Shown here piece by piece: positions 1 to 9,476 of a stretch of 64,000 nucleotides of DNA. Position 1 is the stretch's first letter. Each line of letters opens with the position of its first letter. The notes under the pieces were generated by a model. That model saw only the letters and a program-made list of their open reading frames with translations. It made no database searches and was not told where the DNA came from. The position numbers were made by a program, and so were the translations under genes. Source of the DNA: Clostridia bacterium (lineage in GTDB: Bacteria; Bacillota; Clostridia; Monoglobales; Firm-18); the NCBI GenBank assembly GCA_017397315.1, contig JAFQJA010000021.1, positions 42,756 to 106,755 on the forward strand. Reading direction: 5' to 3'.

Positions 1-54
1 GGTCAGGACTTTGTACTTTTCATAACCAGGATTGAATGTGCCGAAGAAAAAACG

Positions 55-369
55 ATGGTATATAAGTTCCCCTGTATAAAAGATGCGGTAATGGGCTGTA
101 AGCGAATAGATGTTTTCTTTAACGGAATAAGCAGTTTATACAAATACAAAAACAGTTATTATATGTCTTTAAAAGGCGTAAACAACTTCGTGTCCGAGGA
201 TTGCGAAACCCTTTTGTGTGATTACGGAGATAAAATAAAATACGGAAATGAATTTGAAGGAGTGCTTGCAGAGAATGGGGAATTCTTAATTAAAGACAAA
301 GCCGTTAACATTCTTTGCAACTTTTTTGATTATGAGTATAAAGAGCAATACAAAAAAAATACTGAATAA
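55..369 (+). CDS. hypothetical protein (104 aa)
   Basis: Open frame from the ORF track. I recognise no motif. Its 3' end overlaps the start of the next gene. Confidence 0.3.
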   Translation: MVYKFPCIKDAVMGCKRIDVFFNGISSLYKYKNSYYMSLKGVNNFVSEDCETLLCDYGDKIKYGNEFEGVLAENGEFLIKDKAVNILCNFFDYEYKEQYKKNTE

Positions 370-1591
370 AAACTCTGCACGGTTTTGTATGCCGGGACAT
401 AAAGGGAAGATTTCCTTTTACGACATAACAGAAATTGACGGTGCAGATAACCTTGCATGCCCGAAACAAGAGATTTTAACAGCACAGAACAATATTGCGG
501 ATATTTATAAAAGCAAAAACAGTTTCATCTCTGTAAACGGCTCAACAGGGGCTGTTTTGGCGTCTATCCTTTCGACATGTAAAAACGGCGAAATAATAAT
601 GGACAGACAGTGCCACATTTCCGCAATAAACGGCGTTATTTTAAGCCGTGCCGTGCCTCATTTCATATATCCAAAAATACACAGTTTCTTTGGTGTAGGT
701 ATGGGTATAACGCCAAATCAGGTACAAGAGGCAATAAACAAATACCCGAACTCGAAAGCGGTTTTGATTACTTCCCCCACCTACTATGGAGTGTGCAGTA
801 ATATAAAGGGAATATGCGAAATTGCACATAATCACGGTATCCCTGTTATTGTTGACGCTGCTCACGGAGCCCATTTTGCTTTTGACGAAAAATTACCGGA
901 GTGCAGTATTGAGGCAGGTGCAGACATTGTAGTTCACAGCACACACAAAACATTAAATTGCTTAACACAAGGTGCTTTGGCACACATAAGCGGTAATATT
1001 ATAGATTGCAACAGTTTTAAAAAACATCTTAATATGGTACAAACCACAAGCCCCTCGTACCTTTTAATGCAGTCCGTGGAGCAGTCGGTATATGATGCAA
1101 AGAAGTGCGACTACAAAAAACTAATTGATATATGTGAAGAAGTACGCGAAAAAAGCAAAATAAAAACCCTGTGCGACGGTTTTTACGACTATGACAAAAC
1201 AAGGCTTGTCTTTAACGGCAAAAATATAGATTTGCATTTTGCAAAAAAAAATATTATAATAGAAATGTATGATGGTTATAATGCGGTTTTAATCCCTACT
1301 CCGTATAACAAAAACAGAGATTTTAAAAGACTTATAAATGCTGTCGCTGATTGTACTTTGGAGCCATCGCCTAATAATAAGGTGCTTCCAAATGCAGATG
1401 TTTTTATGGCACCTTATGAAGCATACAATATGGAAACTGTAAGATTGCCTAAAAAAGAAGCAACAGGCAAAATTTGTGCTGAAATCATATATAAATTCCC
1501 ACCCTGTATGCCGGTCTTGTGCCCGGGTGAAATTGTTACAGAAGATGTATTGGATTATATAGACGAATATATTTTATGTATTAAGAATTAA
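326..1591 (+). CDS. PLP-dependent Orn/Lys/Arg decarboxylase family protein (YaaO-like)
   Basis: N-terminal FCMPGHKG and the internal HSTHKT (PLP-lysine context) are typical of this family. It lies upstream of darA-holB-ricT, as Bacillus yaaO does. The start is uncertain (TTG 326 or ATG 332). Confidence 0.75.
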   Translation: MIMSIKSNTKKILNKNSARFCMPGHKGKISFYDITEIDGADNLACPKQEILTAQNNIADIYKSKNSFISVNGSTGAVLASILSTCKNGEIIMDRQCHISAINGVILSRAVPHFIYPKIHSFFGVGMGITPNQVQEAINKYPNSKAVLITSPTYYGVCSNIKGICEIAHNHGIPVIVDAAHGAHFAFDEKLPECSIEAGADIVVHSTHKTLNCLTQGALAHISGNIIDCNSFKKHLNMVQTTSPSYLLMQSVEQSVYDAKKCDYKKLIDICEEVREKSKIKTLCDGFYDYDKTRLVFNGKNIDLHFAKKNIIIEMYDGYNAVLIPTPYNKNRDFKRLINAVADCTLEPSPNNKVLPNADVFMAPYEAYNMETVRLPKKEATGKICAEIIYKFPPCMPVLCPGEIVTEDVLDYIDEYILCIKN

Positions 1592-1606
1592 AAGGATGGT
1601 GTCATT

Positions 1607-1927
1607 ATGAAATTAATTATGGTAATTGTTCACACAGAGGACAGCAACAAATTAATTGACAGATTGGCAAAAAACAAAGTAAGAGTAACTAAATTATCCT
1701 CAACAGGCGGATTTTTAAGAGCGGGGAACTGCACACTTTTAATTGGTACAGAAGAAGACAAAGTGGAAGAAATTATTGCTATTATAGAAGAAATTTGTCA
1801 TTCAAGAAAAGAAACAATTACAACTCCTGCATACGGCTTCAATGCCGGTATCAGTATGCCTATGGAAGTTATAGTCGGCGGTGCAACAATTTTTGTTGTT
1901 GATGTAGACCAGTTCAAAAAAATATGA
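1607..1927 (+). CDS. darA: PII-like cyclic-di-AMP receptor (YaaQ/DarA family)
   Basis: 106 aa. MKLIMVIVH...LSSTGGFLRAGNCTLLIG matches the YaaQ/DarA pattern. The TGA stop overlaps the holB ATG (ATGA). Confidence 0.8.
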   Translation: MKLIMVIVHTEDSNKLIDRLAKNKVRVTKLSSTGGFLRAGNCTLLIGTEEDKVEEIIAIIEEICHSRKETITTPAYGFNAGISMPMEVIVGGATIFVVDVDQFKKI

Positions 1928-2820
1928 GTTTAGAAAAATTATACGGAAATCACAAAATTAAACAAAGATTAACAGGGATTTTACAAAACGACACCTTGTC
2001 CCACGCCTATATTTTTTCAGGCCCCGGCGGGGTAGGAAAATATGATTTTGCTAAAGTCTGGGCAGAAATGATAACAAAAGGGCACACTGCGGACATAAAG
2101 GAAGTAACCAATGATAATTACTGTCCGTCTAAAAAGAACGCCTCGTTGTCAGTAGATGCCGTAAGAAACGCAACTGCAGATATGTATTTAAAGCCATTTA
2201 TTGCGGATAAAAGCGTTTACATAGTGCCACAGGGGGAAACTATGTCCGTTTCTGCCCAGAATGCACTTTTAAAAACCTTTGAAGAACCGCCCCGCTATTG
2301 CGTAATAATAATTATCACCGATAATTACGAGGCACTTCTTCCTACTATCCGTTCGCGAGCAGTAAATATTCGTTTCGGCAAACTTACCGAGCAGGAAATA
2401 GACAATTGTCTAAAGGACAAGGGATATGAAAGTTCCGATATTATCACCGCCCTTGCTGACGGTAGTATAAAAAAAGCAGTAACCTTTTGCGAAAACCACG
2501 AAATGCTTAATTTGTGCGAACAGACAATTGGTATGCTGTCTGATTTGTTTTACAAAAAAGGTGATGAAAAGTACAAATTAATTGGCTTTTTGCAACAAAA
2601 CAAAGATAATATTAATGTGATTTTAGATACTTTTGTTGTGTTTTTTCAACAATCACTGTTGCAACTTGCAGAAAAAAATGTTACAATATCCTTAAGAGTA
2701 CCTGACGGAAAGACAAGTGCCCGTTGCATCGGGCATATTGAAAGGTGCAGAAAAGCCCTCAAAAGCAATGCGAACTATAATATGACCGTCAGCGAACTCG
2801 TGTTGGGATTAACACAATAA
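1924..2820 (+). CDS. holB: DNA polymerase III delta' subunit
   Basis: Motifs GPGGVGK, LLKTFEEPP and TIRSRA are present. It sits in the conserved position between darA and ricT. Confidence 0.85.
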   Translation: MSLEKLYGNHKIKQRLTGILQNDTLSHAYIFSGPGGVGKYDFAKVWAEMITKGHTADIKEVTNDNYCPSKKNASLSVDAVRNATADMYLKPFIADKSVYIVPQGETMSVSAQNALLKTFEEPPRYCVIIIITDNYEALLPTIRSRAVNIRFGKLTEQEIDNCLKDKGYESSDIITALADGSIKKAVTFCENHEMLNLCEQTIGMLSDLFYKKGDEKYKLIGFLQQNKDNINVILDTFVVFFQQSLLQLAEKNVTISLRVPDGKTSARCIGHIERCRKALKSNANYNMTVSELVLGLTQ

Positions 2821-2835
2821 CGGAAGGATGTAATT

Positions 2836-3931
<1,096 letters not shown>

Positions 3932-3941
3932 TATAAATAAG

Positions 3942-3971
3942 AAAATCCGCAACTTATGTTGCGGATTTTTT
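3942..3971. terminator. bidirectional rho-independent terminator
   Basis: Stem aatccgcaac / gttgcggatt with loop ttat. It is A-rich on the 5' side and T-rich on the 3' side. It sits between the convergent ferredoxin and XRE genes. Confidence 0.75.
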
Positions 3972-3974
3972 ATT

Positions 3975-4223
3975 TTATAATATTTCTTCTAATTTTAGTA
4001 CAAATGTGCTCATTTTAATATCAAGTGCATTGCAAATTCTGTATAATGTTTCCAATGTGGGTTTTCGTTCTCCCCGTTCTATAGCACTCAAATGACTTCT
4101 TCCTATGTCCGCTAATCCGCTTAACACCTCTTGCGAAATACCTTTTTGTTGCCTGAAATAGGCAACTGTTTTTCCTACTTTGATAGAATCTAATGTGGCT
4201 ATATACATATCTTCTACACTCAC
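3975..4223 (-). CDS. XRE-family helix-turn-helix transcriptional regulator (82 aa)
   Basis: HTH_3 pattern: QKGISQEVLSGLADIGRSHLSAIERGERKPTLETLYRICNAL. Confidence 0.8.
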   Translation of the reverse strand: MSVEDMYIATLDSIKVGKTVAYFRQQKGISQEVLSGLADIGRSHLSAIERGERKPTLETLYRICNALDIKMSTFVLKLEEIL

Positions 4224-4270
4224 CCCAAAAATAGTATATAGTATTTTAATTCAATTTATGAACACATATG

Positions 4271-4299
4271 TTGACAATTGAATACTTATGTGTTATAAT
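4271..4299 (+). promoter_or_regulatory. sigma-A type promoter (TTGACA-17-TATAAT)
   Basis: TTGACA at 4271-4276, TATAAT at 4294-4299, 17-nt spacer. This places the ORF-track start (4288) inside the promoter. Confidence 0.6.
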
Positions 4300-4332
4300 C
4301 TGCTTATATTAATAACAATGGAGGTAAACAAA

Positions 4333-4887
4333 ATGAGAAGAAGATTACAAGGAATGATTGCGGGTGTGATTATATGCGCAATACTAACAAGTGGAGTAGT
4401 TTTTGCGAAACAAATAACTGCAACAGCAGAATTACTCTATAACAACATTAAAATTACCTTAAATGGTCAGGAATTACTGCCAAAAGATGCTAACGGCAAT
4501 TATGTTGAGCCATTTACTATCAATGGTACTACTTATCTTCCCGTTCGCGCAGTTGCAAGTGCTTTAGGTATGGATGTTAATTGGGACGGTAATACCAATA
4601 CTGTTATTTTATCGAATGCTTTATCAGCACCCTTTACACTTGCTGCAGGCCAATACATCGTCGGCGAAGATATTGCTCCGGGGAAATATGATTGCAGAGC
4701 AGTATCCGGTAGCGGCAACTTTATGGGCGATGTTGAAAGTTTGGGTCTTTTTGGTCTAAATGAAATTTTAGCAGAAGAAGGCCATAAATTTTATGATGAC
4801 TGCGCAACTTACAGTAATTTGCGTTTAGCAACCGGGGATGTTGTAAAAATAGGTGGGGATTTAAAAGTTGAGTTCACAAAAAACTAA
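4333..4887 (+). CDS. secreted protein with copper-amine-oxidase N-terminal-like (stalk) domain
   Basis: SD GGAGG, 8 nt, then ATG at 4333. It has a signal/TM segment (MIAGVIICAILTSGVVFA). TINGTTYLPVRAVASALGMDVNWD is the typical stalk-domain motif. Confidence 0.7.
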   Translation: MRRRLQGMIAGVIICAILTSGVVFAKQITATAELLYNNIKITLNGQELLPKDANGNYVEPFTINGTTYLPVRAVASALGMDVNWDGNTNTVILSNALSAPFTLAAGQYIVGEDIAPGKYDCRAVSGSGNFMGDVESLGLFGLNEILAEEGHKFYDDCATYSNLRLATGDVVKIGGDLKVEFTKN

Positions 4888-4938
4888 TTTTTGTAAGATG
4901 TATAAAACTGAACAATGTTAACAAGAACACATACAACA

Positions 4939-4975
4939 AAAATGCTGAACGATTTATTTCGTTCAGCATTTTAAT
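4939..4975. terminator. bidirectional rho-independent terminator
   Basis: Stem aaatgctgaacg / cgttcagcattt, flanked by A and T runs. It sits between convergent genes. Confidence 0.75.
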
Positions 4976-4994
4976 TTTAATAAACTGCATATTT

Positions 4995-5939
4995 TTATTC
5001 ACAGCAATAATCAATTTTTTCTTCAGGGATGTCTATAGCATCATCAGATTTTGTAGTGTCTCCAAGACCTGTTGTTTCGGAAAACACAACATTTGATTTT
5101 GCCATATTTACAGTATCGGTGGGCACAATGATTTTTGACGCCTTACCGTCTGCCATAGCAATTAATGCTTCGTATTTTTTAAGTTCCAAAACAGATGCAT
5201 CTACCGCTGCGCGTTTTAATGCTATAAGTCCGTCTGCCTCTGCAGTTTTTGACAGTAATATTGCCTTTGCTTCGCCTTCTGCTCGGGCTATTCTTGCATC
5301 TCTTTCACCTTCAGCCGCAAGTATCATTGCTTGTTTGTCGCCCTCTGCTCGTGTTATGGCAGCGGCTTTATGTCCCTCTGCCTGAAGCATTGTTTCACGG
5401 CGGTCGCGTTCCGCTTTCATTTGCTTTTCCATAGCATTCTGAATTTCTGTTGGCGGAATAATGTTTTTAAGTTCAACTCTGTTTACCTTGATACCCCACT
5501 TGTCTGTTGCCTCATCAAGTATTGTTGTCATTTTTCCGTTAATTGTATCTCTTGATGTTAAAGTTCCGTCAAGTTCCAGTTCACCAACTAAATTTCTTAA
5601 GGTTGTTGCCGCAAGATTTTCAAGAGCAGAAATGGGGTTTACAGCACCATAAGCATATAATTTTGCATCAAACACTTGAAAATATATTACTGTGTCTATT
5701 TGCATAGTTACATTATCCTTTGTAATAACGGGCTGTGGCGGTGAGTCAAGGTACTGTTCCTTTAAAGTAACTCTTTTTGCAATCCTTTCAATAAATGGTA
5801 ACTTAATATGAATTCCTGCTGACCAGGTTGTTCTGTATTTCCCCAACAACTCTACAACAAATTCATGCGCCTGGGGAACAATTTTGATGTTTGGAATTAC
5901 AATAATCGCAAGTATTACAAGTAAATAAATTATAAACAT
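4995..5939 (-). CDS. SPFH/band-7 (stomatin/prohibitin-like) membrane protein
   Basis: N-terminal TM segment, an SPFH core, and a C-terminal Ala/Glu-rich coiled region (RAEGEAKAILL...). Confidence 0.85.
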   Translation of the reverse strand: MFIIYLLVILAIIVIPNIKIVPQAHEFVVELLGKYRTTWSAGIHIKLPFIERIAKRVTLKEQYLDSPPQPVITKDNVTMQIDTVIYFQVFDAKLYAYGAVNPISALENLAATTLRNLVGELELDGTLTSRDTINGKMTTILDEATDKWGIKVNRVELKNIIPPTEIQNAMEKQMKAERDRRETMLQAEGHKAAAITRAEGDKQAMILAAEGERDARIARAEGEAKAILLSKTAEADGLIALKRAAVDASVLELKKYEALIAMADGKASKIIVPTDTVNMAKSNVVFSETTGLGDTTKSDDAIDIPEEKIDYCCE

Positions 5940-5981
5940 ATTTTTTCTTCCTTTCTCCTTTATTATTTTCTCTTATATTCT

Positions 5982-6782
5982 TTAAAATATTAAAAAGTAC
6001 GAAATAACCAGAAGACCAAGAATTATTCTATAAAGACCAAATGCTTTAAAATCGTGTTTTTGAACATAAGAAATCAAAAACTTAATCGCAATAACAGAAA
6101 TAATGTAGGCAACCGCCATACCCGTTAATAAAACTATTGCTTCAAAACCTGTCATCACAAGTCCGTATTTTAAAATCTTAAGAACACTTACGCCAACCAT
6201 AACGGGAATTGCCATAAAGAAAGAATACTCTGCCGCAACTGCTCTTCCACAACCTACAAGCATTGCACCCAATATTGTTGCCCCTGACCTTGATGTGCCG
6301 GGGATTATGGACAACACCTGAAAACAGCCGATTAAGAGCGCAGTTTTATAAGTCATTTCGTGCATATTGTTAATTACAGGCTTTTTGTTTTTTCTTTCAA
6401 CCCATATAAATAATATACCGTAAATAATAAGCATAGTAGATACTACCTGCCAGTTTTCGAACTTTTCCATAATGTTGTCAAGTAAAAGTCCGATTACCGC
6501 CGCAGGCAAGCAACCGACTATAACTTTAAACCACATATCCCAAGTGCTTTTTTTCTCCACCTTGGTTTTTGATGGTGCAAAAGGATTAAGTTTATGAAAA
6601 TAAAGAGTAACTACCGCTAAAATTGCACCAAGTTGTATTACATATAAATACAAATCGGAGTTTGTAAAACCGTTGTTGTTTATCAGTTCGTTAACAAGTA
6701 TCATATGACCCGTCGAACTTATCGGAAGCCATTCGGTAATACCTTCTACAATTCCAAGTATAATTGTCTTTAATATCTCCAT
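5982..6782 (-). CDS. uppP: undecaprenyl-diphosphate phosphatase
   Basis: N-terminal GIVEGITEWLPISSTGH and PGTSRSGATI motifs of BacA/UppP. Polytopic membrane protein. Confidence 0.9.
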   Translation of the reverse strand: MEILKTIILGIVEGITEWLPISSTGHMILVNELINNNGFTNSDLYLYVIQLGAILAVVTLYFHKLNPFAPSKTKVEKKSTWDMWFKVIVGCLPAAVIGLLLDNIMEKFENWQVVSTMLIIYGILFIWVERKNKKPVINNMHEMTYKTALLIGCFQVLSIIPGTSRSGATILGAMLVGCGRAVAAEYSFFMAIPVMVGVSVLKILKYGLVMTGFEAIVLLTGMAVAYIISVIAIKFLISYVQKHDFKAFGLYRIILGLLVISYFLIF

Positions 6783-6855
6783 ATTGTTTCCTCCTTACAT
6801 ATATTTTACCAAAACTTCACCTATTTGTAAATATATATGTTAAAAACATATAATG

Positions 6856-6975
6856 TTTCATACAGGGATAGGAAAAATTGGTCAGAACGGAAACCCCGAA
6901 CAAGCAAGGCATCGCCTTGCGGTGATAACCCGAAGGCGTACAGAGGTACATCGAGAGGTAAGGTTTTTTCGTAGT
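6856..6975. other. G+C-rich intergenic island, candidate small RNA or leader of unknown type
   Basis: It lies between the argF terminator and the uppP promoter. It has a perfect hairpin GCAAGGC-atc-GCCTTGC (6905-6921). A plus-strand TTGTAA-18-TATAAT lies at 6826-6855 and a T6 at 6965-6970. Confidence 0.2.
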
Positions 6976-6984
6976 AAAAAAGCA

Positions 6985-7019
6985 AAAAAGGAAAATATCT
7001 TTATAAAAGATATTTTCCT
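6985..7019 (-). terminator. rho-independent terminator of argF
   Basis: 12-bp stem ggaaaatatctt / aagatattttcc, followed on the minus strand by T6. Confidence 0.7.
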
Positions 7020-7114
7020 ACAATCAGTCATAATCACTTGTGTTTTTTGCTAATTTGGTTTAACTTTTAGCCCCGCTTTTTTACGCTCTGGCCTATTTTT
7101 ACATCCCTTGTAAT

Positions 7115-8032
7115 TTACGCCATTAGTGTAACCATTACTGCCTTTTGAGCGTGTAATCTGTTTTCCGCTTCGTCAAATACCACGGAGTTTGGTCCATCAA
7201 TTATTTCTTCTGTCATTTCATAACCTCTGTATGCAGGAAGACAGTGCATAAATATTGCATCCTCTTTAGCATTTGAGAACAATTTTTTGTCAATCTGATA
7301 CGGCATAAATATTTCTCTTCTTTTTGCCTTTTCTTCTTCCTGTCCCATACTTACCCATGTATCTGTATAAACTGCATCAGCATCTTTAATTGCTTCTGTT
7401 GGGTCTGTTGTTTCAACAATAGTTCCGCCTGTTAATTTCGCCTGATATTTTGCTTTTTCCATAATTTCACCGTTGCACCAATATCCTTTGGGTGCACCGA
7501 TTGCAAAATCCATTCCTGCTTTTGCACAAGCCTCTGCCAACGAATGAGCAACATTATTTCCATCACCAATATATGCGAGTTTTTTCCCTTTCAAACTACC
7601 TTTGTGTTCGTAAATCGTGAACAAATCAGCCAAAGCCTGACAGGGATGGTGGTCATCAGTAAGACCATTTATAATAGGAATCTGACCGTATTTAGCCAAA
7701 TCCTCAACATCTGATTGCTTGAATGTTCTAATCATAATTCCGTCAAGATAACGGGACAAAACATTGGCTGTGTCGTATATAGTCTCTCCTCTGCCCAACT
7801 GAATATCGGCAGAACTTAAAAACAAGCCTACCCCGCCCAACTGACTTATACCAACTTCAAAAGATACCCTTGTTCTTGTTGATGATTTCGCAAATATCAT
7901 ACCAAGGGTTTTTCCCTCCAACTGCCTGTTAGCCATTTTGGACTTTTGTTGTTTTTTCAATTTTTCCGTTAAAGTCATAAGATTTTCAAATTCCTCAACG
8001 GTCAAATCTCCTATTGTTAACAAGTGTTTCAT
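7115..8032 (-). CDS. argF: ornithine carbamoyltransferase
   Basis: Motifs STRTR, HPCQ, DTWVSMG and HCLPA are present. Confidence 0.9.
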   Translation of the reverse strand: MKHLLTIGDLTVEEFENLMTLTEKLKKQQKSKMANRQLEGKTLGMIFAKSSTRTRVSFEVGISQLGGVGLFLSSADIQLGRGETIYDTANVLSRYLDGIMIRTFKQSDVEDLAKYGQIPIINGLTDDHHPCQALADLFTIYEHKGSLKGKKLAYIGDGNNVAHSLAEACAKAGMDFAIGAPKGYWCNGEIMEKAKYQAKLTGGTIVETTDPTEAIKDADAVYTDTWVSMGQEEEKAKRREIFMPYQIDKKLFSNAKEDAIFMHCLPAYRGYEMTEEIIDGPNSVVFDEAENRLHAQKAVMVTLMA

Positions 8033-8120
8033 TTATCATCATAACCTTTCTGCAACTCTTGATGAATGTATTATACAGCATTATTTATAAATATGCAATA
8101 GTTTTTATAAAAATAAATTT

Positions 8121-8384
8121 TTATACATTTTGCATTTTCATAATTGCTTCAACATTTCTTTTATAACGCATATTTATTCTTTTAACATACTTCTCAGCAT
8201 ACCGTACAGCAAATTTCCCCGCTGTACCTGCAAAAATCAGGTTAAAACAAATTATTACGCGTTTCACAAGGTCGGCGATTTCGATAAAATTGTTATCTGA
8301 ATACCCTGCTGTTCCAATCAGCAAAAACCCTCCTGCTGTAATTAATGTGTTGCAAATAATCTTCAAATTTTTCATATAATTCAC
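8121..8384 (-). CDS. small hypothetical membrane protein (87 aa)
   Basis: Two hydrophobic segments. I recognise no family. Confidence 0.35.
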   Translation of the reverse strand: MNYMKNLKIICNTLITAGGFLLIGTAGYSDNNFIEIADLVKRVIICFNLIFAGTAGKFAVRYAEKYVKRINMRYKRNVEAIMKMQNV

Positions 8385-8435
8385 TCCCTTTTTCTTAATT
8401 GTACCAAAAGGAGTGTACTATAAAAAGGACAGTGA

Positions 8436-9425
8436 TTACAAATCCAGAGTGCTTCCTCCTATAAATTCGCGAATAAGAGAAAATGGAGGTATCATATTTG
8501 TATTTATTTCTTCGAAGCCGTCCAGAAGTTCGCGGATTTTATTTATCTTGTCAATATATTCCGCATCATTTTCGCTACCTGCAAAAAGAGATCCTATATA
8601 ACTTTTATACACTGCAAGTTCGTACAGAAGTGATGAGTTGAATATTATATCTGCGCTGTCTGTATAAGGATATATATTTCTCTTCGCCCCTGCTTCCACT
8701 TCAGGCCACATCTCGAAAGTTCTTTTATAGCCCGTGTTTCTGAAACTATTGTCTCGAATAAGTCGTCTTATCTGTCTTGTTGTCTGGGACTTAATTCTTT
8801 CGCCGTCGTTTCGGGACAATGCAGTCAGGGCAGAGCAATACACCTTATACTTTCTGTCATCCGCTATGTTATCGGTAATTTTACTGTTTAAGGCATGGAT
8901 ACCCTCAACAATAATTATTTCATCATCCTGAAGTTTAAGAAGTCTTTCCCCTTTTTTACTTTGAAGTTTTTCAAAATCAAAAGCAGGTATATATGCGGTC
9001 TTACCTGACACAAGGTCTGCCATATCGCAATTAAACCTTTCATAATCAAGTGCTTCCAAATCCTCTATTTTAGATACACCAAACTCGTCTTTCGGTATAT
9101 TTTCGGGGTCCAGGTAATAATCGTCCATAGATACAGAAACGGCATTAAGTCCAAGCACCTTTAAGTGCAGTTGCAGTTTGTTTGCAAAGGAAGTTTTCCC
9201 CGACGACGACGGACCGCTTATAAGAACTATTTTCTTTTTATCTATATTTTCAAGTATTTGCTCTGCAATTTCTGAAATATTCTGTTCGTGCCAAATTTCG
9301 CTTACATTTATGAGTTGGTTTGTTTTTCCTTCTTTTACAATTCTGTTAACATCATTAATGTTAACAATACCCAGTTTTTCGCACCATCCCTTATACTTTT
9401 TCAGCACCATCTGTATTCTGTCCAT
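8436..9425 (-). CDS. uridine kinase / phosphoribulokinase-family P-loop nucleoside kinase with N-terminal extension
   Basis: P-loop ISGPSSSGKTSFANKL. SD AGGAGG, 7 nt, then ATG at 9425. The longer ORF-track start would run through a terminator hairpin. Confidence 0.7.
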   Translation of the reverse strand: MDRIQMVLKKYKGWCEKLGIVNINDVNRIVKEGKTNQLINVSEIWHEQNISEIAEQILENIDKKKIVLISGPSSSGKTSFANKLQLHLKVLGLNAVSVSMDDYYLDPENIPKDEFGVSKIEDLEALDYERFNCDMADLVSGKTAYIPAFDFEKLQSKKGERLLKLQDDEIIIVEGIHALNSKITDNIADDRKYKVYCSALTALSRNDGERIKSQTTRQIRRLIRDNSFRNTGYKRTFEMWPEVEAGAKRNIYPYTDSADIIFNSSLLYELAVYKSYIGSLFAGSENDAEYIDKINKIRELLDGFEEINTNMIPPFSLIREFIGGSTLDL

Positions 9426-9441
9426 CTTTATACCTCCTATT

Positions 9442-9470
9442 AAAAAAACAGACTGATAGTCTGTTTTTTT
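9442..9470. terminator. rho-independent terminator (perfect hairpin flanked by A7/T7)
   Basis: aaaaaaacagact-gat-agtctgttttttt, directly after the rhaB stop. Confidence 0.8.
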
Positions 9471-9476
9471 AATCAA

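Noticed and set aside
4288-4332. ORF-track start (4288) of the stalk-domain protein
   Set aside because: It falls between the -35 and -10 of a consensus promoter. The ATG at 4333 has a GGAGG SD and begins a normal signal peptide.
6853-7053. 66-aa ORF in the argF-uppP spacer
   Set aside because: Its ATG lies inside a -10-like TATAAT and it has no SD. It runs straight through the argF terminator hairpin. Its basic, low-complexity sequence looks like a translation of structured or AT-rich DNA.
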